IMG/VR virus record: IMGVR_UViG_3300028854_000017
Strand: one strand, 5' to 3'
DNA from: an uncultured virus (IMG/VR IMGVR_UViG_3300028854_000017)
Taxonomy: Duplodnaviria > Heunggongvirae > Uroviricota > Caudoviricetes
DNA length: 64,000 nucleotides
A program made the position numbers and the translations under genes. Numbering within the stretch: the first letter of the stretch is position 1; each line of letters begins with the position of its first letter. The notes beneath the pieces were generated by a model. It searched no databases, was not told the origin of the DNA, and worked only from the letters and a program-made list of their open reading frames with translations. Of this stretch, positions 1 through 9,635 are shown piece after piece.

Positions 1-133
1 CACGAGAGAATCTAACCGCTCTTATATCTGTGTACGGAACAAAATCAATATGTCCCTTACCAAGAAAACCAACACACGTACAACCATTATCTAGAATCCA
101 AGCTGTTTCCATCATCCCTGAAACTTTAATCAT
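1..133 (-). CDS. hypothetical protein (partial, runs off left edge)
   Basis: ATG at 133, open frame MIKVSGMMETAWILDNGC... to window edge; read manually. Confidence 0.5.
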   Translation of the reverse strand, partial: MIKVSGMMETAWILDNGCTCVGFLGKGHIDFVPYTDIRAVRFSR

Positions 134-136
134 GAT

Positions 137-352
137 TTACTCCGGTATCCTTGGAAATATTTTTTGAATAATATGTGGAACTCCGTCGATGACAACTTCA
201 ACCTTGCGAACAACTCCATCGTTTACATGCGTATCGAGTACTCGTATTTCGAAAGGTTGGTCGAGAATAGTTGGCTTAACTTTTAACCTATTCTCGAGTT
301 TCGTAGCTATATCACGTATAGCTGTGATTGTGAATTCATTTACTTTGTTCAT
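137..352 (-). CDS. hypothetical protein
   Basis: Start trimmed to MNKVNEF (ATG 352), which overlaps the upstream stop. Confidence 0.6.
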   Translation of the reverse strand: MNKVNEFTITAIRDIATKLENRLKVKPTILDQPFEIRVLDTHVNDGVVRKVEVVIDGVPHIIQKIFPRIPE

Positions 353-1086
353 CAGAATGTCCTTATCTCTACAGCTGTTTGTGGGTCGTATCCGAAGGCA
401 TGTAAACATGTTATGCGTGGTTCACTAAGCCTCATGATTGTAAATCGGTGAAAATGGCCATGAAAATGAAACTTAGGTTTGCATTGATCATAAATTTTCA
501 AAAAATCATGACACCCACTAGCCTTTTCCCCTTCAATCCCAAGCTCTGTCTTTATATCATCATGCGGTTGATTAAAGGTCGGTTGGTATCCAGCTGCAGC
601 ATCGTGGGAAATGAACACATCGAACTCGCCAGCATTGATCAAGTTCTTTACGGATGCTGCCATGATATGATTGGCTTTTGGGCTATCCTTATGTTGTCTA
701 CGAGCCATTAGTACCCGTTCTGGATTCTTATAAGACTTGTAGGAGAAGTTCCCCCATATAGCCCCATGTTTAATACCAGCAATATCAGTAATCTCACCAT
801 CTGACATCAGGTGAATGTTCTTCATCTGATCTGGCTTCTCCATCCACTCTTCCAGCACGGCCCAATCTTCATGGTTACCGGGGCATACATATGTCAGAAT
901 TGGAGCTATTTCCTCGACATCCCAGTAACGTTTGAATTGGTAGCCTTCCTTGATGTAAGCGCCCCAATCACCAACTTGAACAACAGCGTCCAACTTAATT
1001 TCATATTTATCTTCCATCGCTTTCAAATAGATATACATGCTGGAAATGCTTCCATGAATATCTCCAACATAGGCGATAAGTGGCAT
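352..1086 (-). CDS. calcineurin-like metallophosphoesterase
   Basis: GDIHG, VGDWG, GNHE, SHD and HGHFH motifs. Confidence 0.85.
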   Translation of the reverse strand: MPLIAYVGDIHGSISSMYIYLKAMEDKYEIKLDAVVQVGDWGAYIKEGYQFKRYWDVEEIAPILTYVCPGNHEDWAVLEEWMEKPDQMKNIHLMSDGEITDIAGIKHGAIWGNFSYKSYKNPERVLMARRQHKDSPKANHIMAASVKNLINAGEFDVFISHDAAAGYQPTFNQPHDDIKTELGIEGEKASGCHDFLKIYDQCKPKFHFHGHFHRFTIMRLSEPRITCLHAFGYDPQTAVEIRTF

Positions 1087-1104
1087 GTGTACCTTCCTGA
1101 AACG

Positions 1105-1115
1105 ATTATACCCGG
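1105..1115 (-). promoter_or_regulatory. CCGGGTATAAT promoter motif
   Basis: Exact motif, 18 nt upstream of ATG 1086, just downstream of a terminator. Confidence 0.8.
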
Positions 1116-1166
1116 AAATATGCCGTGGATTGCTCCGTGCATTCTCATTCGTAAGTATTTATAAAT

Positions 1167-1192
1167 AAAAAAAAGGCGGCCCGAAGGCCGCC
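1167..1192 (-). terminator. rho-independent terminator
   Basis: GGCGGCC-TTCG-GGCCGCC hairpin (one G-G-free perfect 7-bp stem, UUCG loop) followed by T8 on the minus strand. Confidence 0.9.
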
Positions 1193-1212
1193 CATAAAGC
1201 AGTTGTCTTCAC

Positions 1213-1367
1213 TTAGAACTGCGAACAATCGTAGTCGATGGTTACAGTAATGGCGGCGACACTGATTCCTGCTGTGATTGTCATACCAGTCGCCGTAGCT
1301 ACTGAATGACCTATGCCATAGGTCGCCACGACTACCTTACATAAACAACTGCACAGTTGTCTCCGCT
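1213..1367 (-). pseudogene. possible orphaned C-terminus of a previous fibre allele
   Basis: Frame ...VVATYGIGHSVATATGMTITAGISVAAITVTIDYDCSQF* has fibre-like composition, lacks a good start and lies between the fibre stop and the terminator. Confidence 0.4.
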
Positions 1368-4300
1368 TTACCAGCCGGAGAATTTGGCTTGTGCTCCTGC
1401 CCCACCTGTGCCACCAACTCCGCATCCGGTAAACGATAGACATGACCCTCCAGCACCGCCGCTGTTGGTCAGCGTAAGGCTGTAGGTCTCTGCCGCCTGA
1501 CTGGACAGCACGATGGGGCCACCACCACCACCGCCACCGGCTCCTACGTTGTTAGCAGTCGAGTTTCCGCCAGCTTGACCTGACATATTGATTGTCCCGG
1601 TGCCGGTGATTGAGCCACAGATGAGCGTGAATCCGCCGCCCTCATAACCACCTGCCCCACCCGAACTACCACCGGCTCCGCCGGGTGCGCCAGTCCAGTA
1701 GTAACCCGCGCTGGCTCCAGAATTTACGATGGAATACCATGCCGGTGCGGTACTCAACAAAGAGTTACCATTGCCACCTGTGCCGCCGGAACTTGTCCCC
1801 GCCGTGCCCCCTGCGGATACTCCATAAGTGCCGCCATAAGCCAGACCCGGATAGAGTCCCACTCCAGTTCCTGCGGTTCCTGCCGCTGTGCCGCCGCCGC
1901 CACCACCTCCAGAACCACCGCCACCAGCGTTACCGCCGCCCTGCCCACCGCTTATAGCCGTGCCAATTGTGCCATTGATGGTGCAGGCACCTGTCACGTA
2001 AACGACCGCGTAGGCGGTGTAGTAGTTGAGCGTTGCACCGCTTGATACATTGAAGGTGGTGTAGTTGTAGACCCCACCACTTTTCGGGCATGTCCCGGTT
2101 GCACAGCTATAAGCCCCGTCTGTGCCGGTGCCAAGATACTGCAACCACGCTGGGGCAACGGATGGCGTTCCGGTGCTCGCGCTACACCCGCTGGTTGTCA
2201 GAGTGTTGTTCGGCCCATTTGGGCACACAGGATTCGTACTTGATGACGGCGCGGCAATCTGGGTTGTTGGCAGATTCCCGTTGGCATCCTGAAGCGGAAT
2301 TCCCATCCAGTTGGCTGCTGTCCCTGTTCCCGATGCCGTGGCCACCCATCCGGCGACACCGTTCGCCGTTGCGCCTGAGTTCTGCTCGATGTCTCCCTGT
2401 GACCATGCAAGCGTTGTTGGAGCCGCTGCGCTCTTTGTGTGCAACTGAATCTCAGGCCCGAGAACAGGAGTATGGAAATTGAGAGTGGCGTTGGTGAAGG
2501 TTCCAAAGTTGCCTAAACTTGAGGTCACCACCACCGCCGTTGCGTTGGAAGCGTCTATGCCACTAATTTTACGATTGGTCGAAGTGCTGATGTCGATAAA
2601 CTGTCCGTACGACAAATCCGTGGCGCTGGAGCAGATCATTACGTTCGTTCCTCCAGGGGCTGTGCAGGTTGTACCTCCTGCATTGGGCGTCCCTGTGGTT
2701 CCAGCGGTGTACACCACATCGAGGGCGTACCGCTTGCCGTTTGCTCCATTCCAGTAGGTTGGAGGGGCAAGTATCTGTCCCGCGTATAAGGTAGTGGCAT
2801 TGGGTAGAGCGGCAAAGGCTGTGTCTGAATACATAAACGCCGATGCTGCCACCGCGTCTTGATACAACTGTGAGAATTCAAAACTGCCAACGGTCTGACT
2901 GGCGTTCTGGTATGAATAAGTCAGCAGAGGGATACGAGGGTTTGCCTGAGAAGAACTGTCAGCACGCGATAGAGCAGGGATTCCAAAGAAATGGGGAGAG
3001 GTTTGGAGTCCCATTTGAAAATTGACCAGACTGAGGCCCACTGCGGCATCGTTAGGAGGATTTACTGCGATCAGCGGCGAATAGGCAACCGAGGCAGTGG
3101 TTCCGCCTCCGGTCATATCTATAGTTAGTTGCTGAGGGAAATTAACCGCCACGCCGGGACACGGAATGAGATTGACCATGCCAGTTCCTGCGTTTAGACT
3201 GGCACCTCCATTTTCGAACGACCAGTTGTGGAAACTGAGAATTGTTGTAGTACTACTGCCTCCACACCCTTCGTTATCTACGAGGATGAACCCCCCGGTT
3301 CCAGTGCTTGCGGTAAAACTTTGCCCGTTTGCTATACCGAGATTTCCACCATTGACGATATAAACATCGTCAATCCCAGCGGAATCAAATCGTGAATTGT
3401 CGTCAATCATCCCGTTAATAATACCTCCGCTCATGTATATTCCGTACATGGATGGGGTTTCAAACTCTGCGTGGAGGAATCTCGATCCGATGTCCAGGCG
3501 CGAGCCCTCAAACATCTGGATTCCGCTATGCTGAAACTGGATATTCTTGATCAACTGCTCTGACCGGGCATAAGAATTAGAAGCAAACATCACACTCGTG
3601 CTGGTCGCCGTGCAGGTATCGGTATAGGTTCCAACTGCCGGGTACTGGAGGAAGGCATCCGCAATCGTGAAAGAACTGGATGACACCGACGTGACCTGAC
3701 CAACAAGATTATTGATCTGTAAGCCCTGTGTAGACGAGCAGCCGGTGATAGATACCCAGTTGTTCAGCGCGAAGCTGTTGGTTGCGGCGAAAGTAACGGC
3801 GTAGTTATAGGGATAATTGCGTCCCCCCGATGGATTTGATGGTGCATAAGCCGCGCTCTGCACCGTGATGTTGGTCGGGTCACTCGTGGCAACTGACTCT
3901 ACCTTGCCGTTCAACCCGATCGACTGCCACTTGAAATACACCACACCTGCGCTCGGATTTGTATACGGGTAGCTGTTGTGGATTGGTCCGCTGCCGCTCG
4001 TGCTGAAGGTGTTCAGGAAGGTATAAAGCGCGGTCGCGGTCGCCGTAGCACTGGCTCCAATGTTCACTTGATTGCCGGTAGCACCGCTAGATACAAATGT
4101 GACCACGACGCCGTTGACAGTAACCGTGTCGCCTGGGTTTGGGTTCCCGGTCAGTGTGATAGACGCTACATTGAGCGCAACCGTAAAGCCGGTCACAGAT
4201 GCTGTTGCTCCGTATGTCGGGCCTAAATAATCTACCTCCGTTGCCTCGTCGTTGCCCAATAGGTTTCCTGTCACGCCCTCAATCTGACAGGAATCATAAA

Positions 4301-7300
4301 TGTTAATCGTGCCAGTGGTCTTGTACGTGCGGCCACCGGGGAACTCCACCACGCCCCCGTACGGCAGTAACCCTGTGCCGTTCGCCCAGCAGGCGGTGAA
4401 TGCCGCCTGGATCGCTGCCGTGTCATCCGCAATTCCATTCCCAACAGCGCCGAACTGCGTCACATCGTAACGTGGGCCGATAGAGGCCATGTTCTGTGCA
4501 CTCAAAGTGCCAGCGGCAACGGTGCCTGCTGCTGTCAGGTTGCCTGCGCCGTTTGTGGTCAGGTTGGCGTTAGCCGCGAACGTGCCTGCATTGTTGTACT
4601 GCACTTGCGTGGTCGAGCCTGCAGCTCCCAGGACAGCCGCGCTACCCACAATCCAATTAGTGCCATTGCAGTAGACCGAGACGTGATTAGACCCTCCACC
4701 TGTCGTCACCACCCCGGATGTGACTGGACTGTCTGTCACAGCAGCCGTTTTGCCTTCATTGGTGGGGGTACCCCCGCAAGGGGTGGAAGCAATCAACAAG
4801 GCATAGGTTTGAGGCACCACGTAGGGGATGCCACTTGCGGCGACGCCGCTCAGGACCGCCCCACCGGATCCCTTGATCTGTTGCAGGTCAGCCGATTGAG
4901 GGATGATCGTACCACTTGCCGTCAGTCCAACCTGAATAAACATGCCATCGAAGGTGCTCGGAGCATAACTCAAGACTGGACTATATGTGCCCGCCGGAAT
5001 TGCCTCAAAGACGATGGAGTCTACATCGGAGAATGAACCATTACAACCACCGGCTGTTGCAGTGGTCACAGTAGTAAAGCCAGTCGCGGAGAAGCTGGTC
5101 AATCCGTTATTAGCACCATTGCAGACAGATACTTCAAACAATGCATCCATCTGCGACGTAGTGAACGACGGCACGGTGTAGCTTGTCCCGCTTGCTGGCA
5201 GCTTCACGCTGAATGCTGTTGCGGCATCCTGCGCCGACGATGTCGCGATGTTCGAGATTTCGACAGCGGTCGCGGCGGAGCCGTTGCCGCAGGTAATCGT
5301 GTCGGACCCGGCTGCGCTGTTCAGCGCTACAGCAACCACGGCCTGATTATTTCCGTACAACATATTGCCGTCGTAGGAACTCGTTCCGCTGTTCCAATTG
5401 CCCGTACCACTAATGGCTGTCCAGGTGTTTCCCAAGGAATCGCTTGGCCCCCACACCGTTCCATACGGACAGACAACTAGCAATGCATCCCCAGCAGTAA
5501 CAGGAGAACTAAATGCGACGGATACCACGCCTCCAGTATGAGGACTGTTGGCCGATTGCACGATGGCCGGCGTCATTGCATCCAACCCGCTTACAGCCTT
5601 GATTGTCACCGGAGTGGCGGTTGGAGACGAGGATTGAAAAACCTTAGACCCGTTCGCCGTCTGCGCCGTGCTCAGAGTCATGGCATCGCTCACCATCTCC
5701 GCAGTGTAATCTCCACTTTCTGAAGTGGTGGGGAGTGCCCGCCCATTGAATGTATATGCGACCGTGGTGCACTGGTCGTTCAGCCATGTATTGCAAACCA
5801 GATTTGGAATGGGTGCTGAGGACCGATTGAGCAGCGTGTAATTCACAGCACTAAAGAGCAGGTTATTTCCAGCATCCGTGAGATGGCCGAGAGGTGTCCC
5901 ATCCACCGTATTGAAAAGGAACGAATTAGTTGGATCAGGGAACAGAGAATAGGTGTCAACAATCTGATCCCAGTAGCAGCCGCCTGTGCAAGGAGTTGTT
6001 GGGCTTGCGACTTGGTAAATAGGAAGGGTGGTATTTGCCTGGCCCGCGATCCATTTATTGATCGTTTGCGTATCCGAATTCATGTTTGGATCGCTGTAGA
6101 GGCTGTTGGGGATTTCAGGAATAATTGTGGTCTCAACAACAGTGCAGCCGTCGGCGTGGAACTGTGCCCATGCAGACTGAAGCTGTTCTTCGGTCGCAGC
6201 AATGGAATCAGCATTGTCATAGAGGCCAACGACGCCACCTTGAAAGATAATCGTGCATGGCTGGCCATTGACAGCAAACGTATAGGGATGAACCAGAGTT
6301 GCATACTGTGACATCAGTGCAGAAACATCGGCATTGGCAACAGAGGCTATCTGCATGGTGCTTGTGGACGGCATGTTGGGACTGGTGGCAATCAGTGTAC
6401 TGAATGCATTTGCACACCCAAATTGTCCGACGCCCGTAGAACTCAACGAGGATATCCCTGTGACCGCCGCTTGAAATGTACCGGCAGCAGAAAACGTTGG
6501 AAACACAATCTGATCGTTGAGAACACTTGCAGAGCCGCTGAATCCCCACAGCTTGAGTCCGATACCAGTAACAACTGTACCGGCTGTTCCATTGGCTGTC
6601 AGGATGCCGCCTGTGATTGATCCGCTTGTAATGTTCGAGCCTTGCCAACCGCAAGTTCCGGATACACTCCACCTAGAATCGCCAAAGGGGATGAAATAGC
6701 TGCCAGACGTGTAAGTCGGTGGTTGACCAGCTCCTCCCGTTATGGTGATAGTATTCCCTGAAGTCGAGACACTAGACCCGGCAATGGTTACAGCACCTGT
6801 AATTGCGTTCACACTGGGAACACCGCCGCCGCTGCCAGCACAGCCCACATTTGTCAGTGCCCCCGCAGTGCCATGGGCACACACAGGAGATGTTCCTGCG
6901 GTTAAGCCGGTTGGTATCAAAGCGCTGGCCGCCACGGTGCCTGGAACGGTGATGCTGTTTCCCGTCGAATCGATGGTTATGCCGCTTGGTCCTGCGATGG
7001 TTGTCCCAGCGTATTGCATCACCTGATGCGCGGTTCCCGTGTTTATGTTTGCGTTTGATCCAGTAGCACCAGTTGGACCAGTAGCACCAGTTGGACCAGT
7101 AGCACCAGTTGGACCAATAGCACCAGTTGGACCAATAGTATCAGTTAAAATTTGAACTAAAGCTAATGGAGCTAGATTAAGAGGATAATTGTCTAAATTA
7201 CAGACTCCTGCTTGACACCAATCACCACTATTCTTAGCTATGGCATGTGGCTGAAGACAAGAATAACCCGGCCCTAATCCAGCTGGAATTTGAAGCGAAG

Positions 7301-7595
7301 CCGAGAGACATAAATTCTTCGGGTTGGTGATGGATGTATCTGGGACAGTAAAAGTGAAAGCACCATTTACCGCCGTGACTGATATCGGACTGCTAGTCAG
7401 CACAGAGCTATTAGAAACGTTATACTTAATTGTTTGCCCAGAAATAGTTGCAGGTCTAACAGTAAATGTACCATTAGCAAGATTTCCAGCAGCATCTCTG
7501 AGATTAGTACTCGTCAATGTTACATTCTGTGCGAATCCAGAGGCTCCACACAGAATGATAATAGCAGCCACAAACGTTTTAAGAATATTTCCCAT
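1368..7595 (-). CDS. 2075-aa fibre/adhesin-like protein: signal peptide, collagen repeat, SGNH-like esterase, pectate-lyase-3-like beta-helix, Gly-rich C-terminus
   Basis: MGNILKTFVAAIIILCGASGFA|QN N-terminus; GPT-GAT repeats; FGDSR...GHLTDAGN; YDVTQFGAVGNGIADDTAAIQAA. Confidence 0.75.
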   Translation of the reverse strand: MGNILKTFVAAIIILCGASGFAQNVTLTSTNLRDAAGNLANGTFTVRPATISGQTIKYNVSNSSVLTSSPISVTAVNGAFTFTVPDTSITNPKNLCLSASLQIPAGLGPGYSCLQPHAIAKNSGDWCQAGVCNLDNYPLNLAPLALVQILTDTIGPTGAIGPTGATGPTGATGPTGATGSNANINTGTAHQVMQYAGTTIAGPSGITIDSTGNSITVPGTVAASALIPTGLTAGTSPVCAHGTAGALTNVGCAGSGGGVPSVNAITGAVTIAGSSVSTSGNTITITGGAGQPPTYTSGSYFIPFGDSRWSVSGTCGWQGSNITSGSITGGILTANGTAGTVVTGIGLKLWGFSGSASVLNDQIVFPTFSAAGTFQAAVTGISSLSSTGVGQFGCANAFSTLIATSPNMPSTSTMQIASVANADVSALMSQYATLVHPYTFAVNGQPCTIIFQGGVVGLYDNADSIAATEEQLQSAWAQFHADGCTVVETTIIPEIPNSLYSDPNMNSDTQTINKWIAGQANTTLPIYQVASPTTPCTGGCYWDQIVDTYSLFPDPTNSFLFNTVDGTPLGHLTDAGNNLLFSAVNYTLLNRSSAPIPNLVCNTWLNDQCTTVAYTFNGRALPTTSESGDYTAEMVSDAMTLSTAQTANGSKVFQSSSPTATPVTIKAVSGLDAMTPAIVQSANSPHTGGVVSVAFSSPVTAGDALLVVCPYGTVWGPSDSLGNTWTAISGTGNWNSGTSSYDGNMLYGNNQAVVAVALNSAAGSDTITCGNGSAATAVEISNIATSSAQDAATAFSVKLPASGTSYTVPSFTTSQMDALFEVSVCNGANNGLTSFSATGFTTVTTATAGGCNGSFSDVDSIVFEAIPAGTYSPVLSYAPSTFDGMFIQVGLTASGTIIPQSADLQQIKGSGGAVLSGVAASGIPYVVPQTYALLIASTPCGGTPTNEGKTAAVTDSPVTSGVVTTGGGSNHVSVYCNGTNWIVGSAAVLGAAGSTTQVQYNNAGTFAANANLTTNGAGNLTAAGTVAAGTLSAQNMASIGPRYDVTQFGAVGNGIADDTAAIQAAFTACWANGTGLLPYGGVVEFPGGRTYKTTGTINIYDSCQIEGVTGNLLGNDEATEVDYLGPTYGATASVTGFTVALNVASITLTGNPNPGDTVTVNGVVVTFVSSGATGNQVNIGASATATATALYTFLNTFSTSGSGPIHNSYPYTNPSAGVVYFKWQSIGLNGKVESVATSDPTNITVQSAAYAPSNPSGGRNYPYNYAVTFAATNSFALNNWVSITGCSSTQGLQINNLVGQVTSVSSSSFTIADAFLQYPAVGTYTDTCTATSTSVMFASNSYARSEQLIKNIQFQHSGIQMFEGSRLDIGSRFLHAEFETPSMYGIYMSGGIINGMIDDNSRFDSAGIDDVYIVNGGNLGIANGQSFTASTGTGGFILVDNEGCGGSSTTTILSFHNWSFENGGASLNAGTGMVNLIPCPGVAVNFPQQLTIDMTGGGTTASVAYSPLIAVNPPNDAAVGLSLVNFQMGLQTSPHFFGIPALSRADSSSQANPRIPLLTYSYQNASQTVGSFEFSQLYQDAVAASAFMYSDTAFAALPNATTLYAGQILAPPTYWNGANGKRYALDVVYTAGTTGTPNAGGTTCTAPGGTNVMICSSATDLSYGQFIDISTSTNRKISGIDASNATAVVVTSSLGNFGTFTNATLNFHTPVLGPEIQLHTKSAAAPTTLAWSQGDIEQNSGATANGVAGWVATASGTGTAANWMGIPLQDANGNLPTTQIAAPSSSTNPVCPNGPNNTLTTSGCSASTGTPSVAPAWLQYLGTGTDGAYSCATGTCPKSGGVYNYTTFNVSSGATLNYYTAYAVVYVTGACTINGTIGTAISGGQGGGNAGGGGSGGGGGGGTAAGTAGTGVGLYPGLAYGGTYGVSAGGTAGTSSGGTGGNGNSLLSTAPAWYSIVNSGASAGYYWTGAPGGAGGSSGGAGGYEGGGFTLICGSITGTGTINMSGQAGGNSTANNVGAGGGGGGGPIVLSSQAAETYSLTLTNSGGAGGSCLSFTGCGVGGTGGAGAQAKFSGW
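7060..7137 (-). repeat. 18-bp tandem repeat encoding collagen-like GPTGAT
   Basis: CCAGTAGCACCAGTTGGA x3, one variant copy and a partial copy (+ strand). Confidence 0.95.
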
Positions 7596-7634
7596 TTTTT
7601 ATAAACTCGCTCGTATTGTCTCGCAATACATTGA

Positions 7635-8210
7635 TTATTCACATTCTCTTTGGCAATTCGTTGCTAGGATTTTTACATTGTCTTCGCTGTGACAAGTATA
7701 CAATTGCCAAACATCTAAATTCAATGGTAACGTTGATGGATGCAAATCTAGTGTATAAATACATTCAGTCTTGGGGTTATCCAACCCAGATGGTTCGTAA
7801 TCTTCTCCATCATAACTTGTGTATCCATGATAATAGGTTCCAGTACGAACATACTTCTTCGCTGTAACCTTAGCCATCTTTCCTTCGATGTATGGATTAT
7901 TAATTTCAAACACCTTGCGTTCCTTACCACCAAAGCCTTCGTGGGCAATAACCGCAGCACAAACAGCTTGTTCGAATTTAGACCTAACATATGATGGAAT
8001 CGTATCTATATACGAACATTTAAGACTGATTTGTATTCCTTCAGGGAGATGAGTAAATTCCAACGAATTGTACGCTTTGAGAATTAGGTCTTTCATTTCC
8101 TTCTTGCGTTCTGTCATAAGAACGCCCCGGTTAAGATTATAACCGCAGCGTTCGAATGTTTTTGGGATAATGACCTTAACCACTTCCCCGATATTAGCGT
8201 ACTTTTTCAT
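7635..8210 (-). CDS. hypothetical protein
   Basis: 191-aa ORF in a tightly packed operon. Confidence 0.75.
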   Translation of the reverse strand: MKKYANIGEVVKVIIPKTFERCGYNLNRGVLMTERKKEMKDLILKAYNSLEFTHLPEGIQISLKCSYIDTIPSYVRSKFEQAVCAAVIAHEGFGGKERKVFEINNPYIEGKMAKVTAKKYVRTGTYYHGYTSYDGEDYEPSGLDNPKTECIYTLDLHPSTLPLNLDVWQLYTCHSEDNVKILATNCQRECE

Positions 8211-8389
8211 TGCCCAAACAGCCTATTCTTAGACTTCAGGTACTTCAATCCATCTTCTGTTATATAGTTAAACCCTTCGAAACGTTTAATATAACCCAAC
8301 GTAACGAATTCATCACGTGCCGATTTAGAGATTATATTTAAATCGTGAATAACACGCATGTATTGCTGCAAAAGTTCTGGATTAACCAT
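8207..8389 (-). CDS. hypothetical protein (short winged-helix-like)
   Basis: ATGA overlap; LGYI...YITEDGLKYL pattern. Confidence 0.6.
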   Translation of the reverse strand: MVNPELLQQYMRVIHDLNIISKSARDEFVTLGYIKRFEGFNYITEDGLKYLKSKNRLFGQ

Positions 8390-8636
8390 GTTGCTCCTTA
8401 CGATGCGGACGATTGCCGGGCCAAAGATTAATGGTTTCTACTGGACGTCTCAGTTCAGAAGGGCACGTGGTTTTGTTAAGGTTGTGTTCGCCAGTAAAAT
8501 TAACACCCCACAGAATACGCAATGCTTGCCAGTCAGGATGCATATCACAGAATTCGCACTTTAATGGTTCGTGAAGAACCATGGCGTCACAATGAGGAAC
8601 AGTTCCAAGATGCTTGTATATTTGTTCTTCCGTCAT
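8382..8636 (-). CDS. Cys/His-rich phage hypothetical protein
   Basis: PHCD..VLH...CEFCD...CPSE; SD upstream. Confidence 0.7.
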   Translation of the reverse strand: MTEEQIYKHLGTVPHCDAMVLHEPLKCEFCDMHPDWQALRILWGVNFTGEHNLNKTTCPSELRRPVETINLWPGNRPHRKEQHG

Positions 8637-8638
8637 GA

Positions 8639-8983
8639 TTAGTACCTGTTTTTAGAATCGTTATACGATGTTCCCTGTATTTGTTGTCCGATTTGTTTGG
8701 ATGGTGATTCTGACGGGTCGTTTCCCAATCTACTCAGAATTTTGTCAGCTAAGTTCTGAATTTCATATACAGTTCTTTTCGCCCTGTTGATGATGTTTTC
8801 CAATCCATCTTGTCTTTCGCTCAAACCTTTTTCATATGGGCCTTCTTTACCAATAATCCTGTCTGAAATAAGCTCGACAGACTTCCTCAAGCTATACAAG
8901 TCGCTCTCTAGATCGTTTGCTTTGTGGATAATTGGCTGTTCTACTGCACATGGGCCTGCGATATTATCATAATCCTTATTCAT
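8639..8983 (-). CDS. hypothetical coiled-coil protein
   Basis: GAGGA SD; first gene after promoter 9019. Confidence 0.7.
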   Translation of the reverse strand: MNKDYDNIAGPCAVEQPIIHKANDLESDLYSLRKSVELISDRIIGKEGPYEKGLSERQDGLENIINRAKRTVYEIQNLADKILSRLGNDPSESPSKQIGQQIQGTSYNDSKNRY

Positions 8984-9018
8984 GTTTTCCTCATTCTGGT
9001 GCTAGGCACCGATGATAT

Positions 9019-9029
9019 ATTGTACCCGG
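9019..9029 (-). promoter_or_regulatory. CCGGGTACAAT promoter motif (variant)
   Basis: One mismatch to consensus, intergenic, 35 nt upstream of ATG 8983. Confidence 0.7.
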
Positions 9030-9104
9030 ATGATTCATCTAAAATACTGCCAAGGTATACAAACCTCAGCAGCATTTTTTAGTCCATTTATAATATTAGT
9101 TCGC

Positions 9105-9282
9105 ATTAAATCCCGCTTCATAGCGAAGTTCGGAGTGTTTGGTCCTTCGAAGTAACCAAACTTCCTACCGTACAACCTACCAGCTCATCTATCGCTGGTT
9201 CAGCGTACCTACTAGCGGGTTAGTATGGTATAACAAATGCTAAGTTTTCCTAGCATTTGATTTGCTCCCCATACAGAGCAAA
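9105..9282 (-). ncRNA. candidate structured non-coding RNA element
   Basis: Longest intergenic gap of the accessory region; two hairpins plus a multibranch domain closed by CCCGC/GCGGG; G-U pairs work only on the minus strand. Confidence 0.5.
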
Positions 9283-9284
9283 AA

Positions 9285-9635
9285 TTACTTAGTTTTCAAC
9301 TTAATAATGTTTTCAATGATTTTTGCTTCTCGTTCTTCTTTTTTTTCTTTTATTTTTTGCTCATGCGTTCTGTATACATTTTCCCACACACTATCTACAG
9401 CTGCACATCCATCAAACACACTAGCTACCAGATAATTTTTTGGGTATACCTTTATACAGATGTGTTTTGGGAAATTGAAAATATTCATCAGTGTTATCGA
9501 GCTGCCGTCTTCCAAACATTGTGATATTTGAAAAAATTTTTCTACCTGCCATTTTTCCATAGGAAGGTCGACCACGAATTGTTGAAGCAGTGTTAGCGGT
9601 ACAACCGTCTTTTCCCAAAACTTCCACTTAATCAT
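9285..9635 (-). CDS. hypothetical protein
   Basis: 116-aa ORF, TAATG overlap with upstream gene. Confidence 0.7.
   Translation of the reverse strand: MIKWKFWEKTVVPLTLLQQFVVDLPMEKWQVEKFFQISQCLEDGSSITLMNIFNFPKHICIKVYPKNYLVASVFDGCAAVDSVWENVYRTHEQKIKEKKEEREAKIIENIIKLKTK

Noticed and set aside
1213..7595. Diversity-generating retroelement or invertible fibre shufflon
   Set aside because: No reverse transcriptase, invertase or template/variable repeat pair was seen.
9105..9282. tRNA or simple terminator
   Set aside because: No cloverleaf, T-loop or CCA, and no U-tract after the hairpins.
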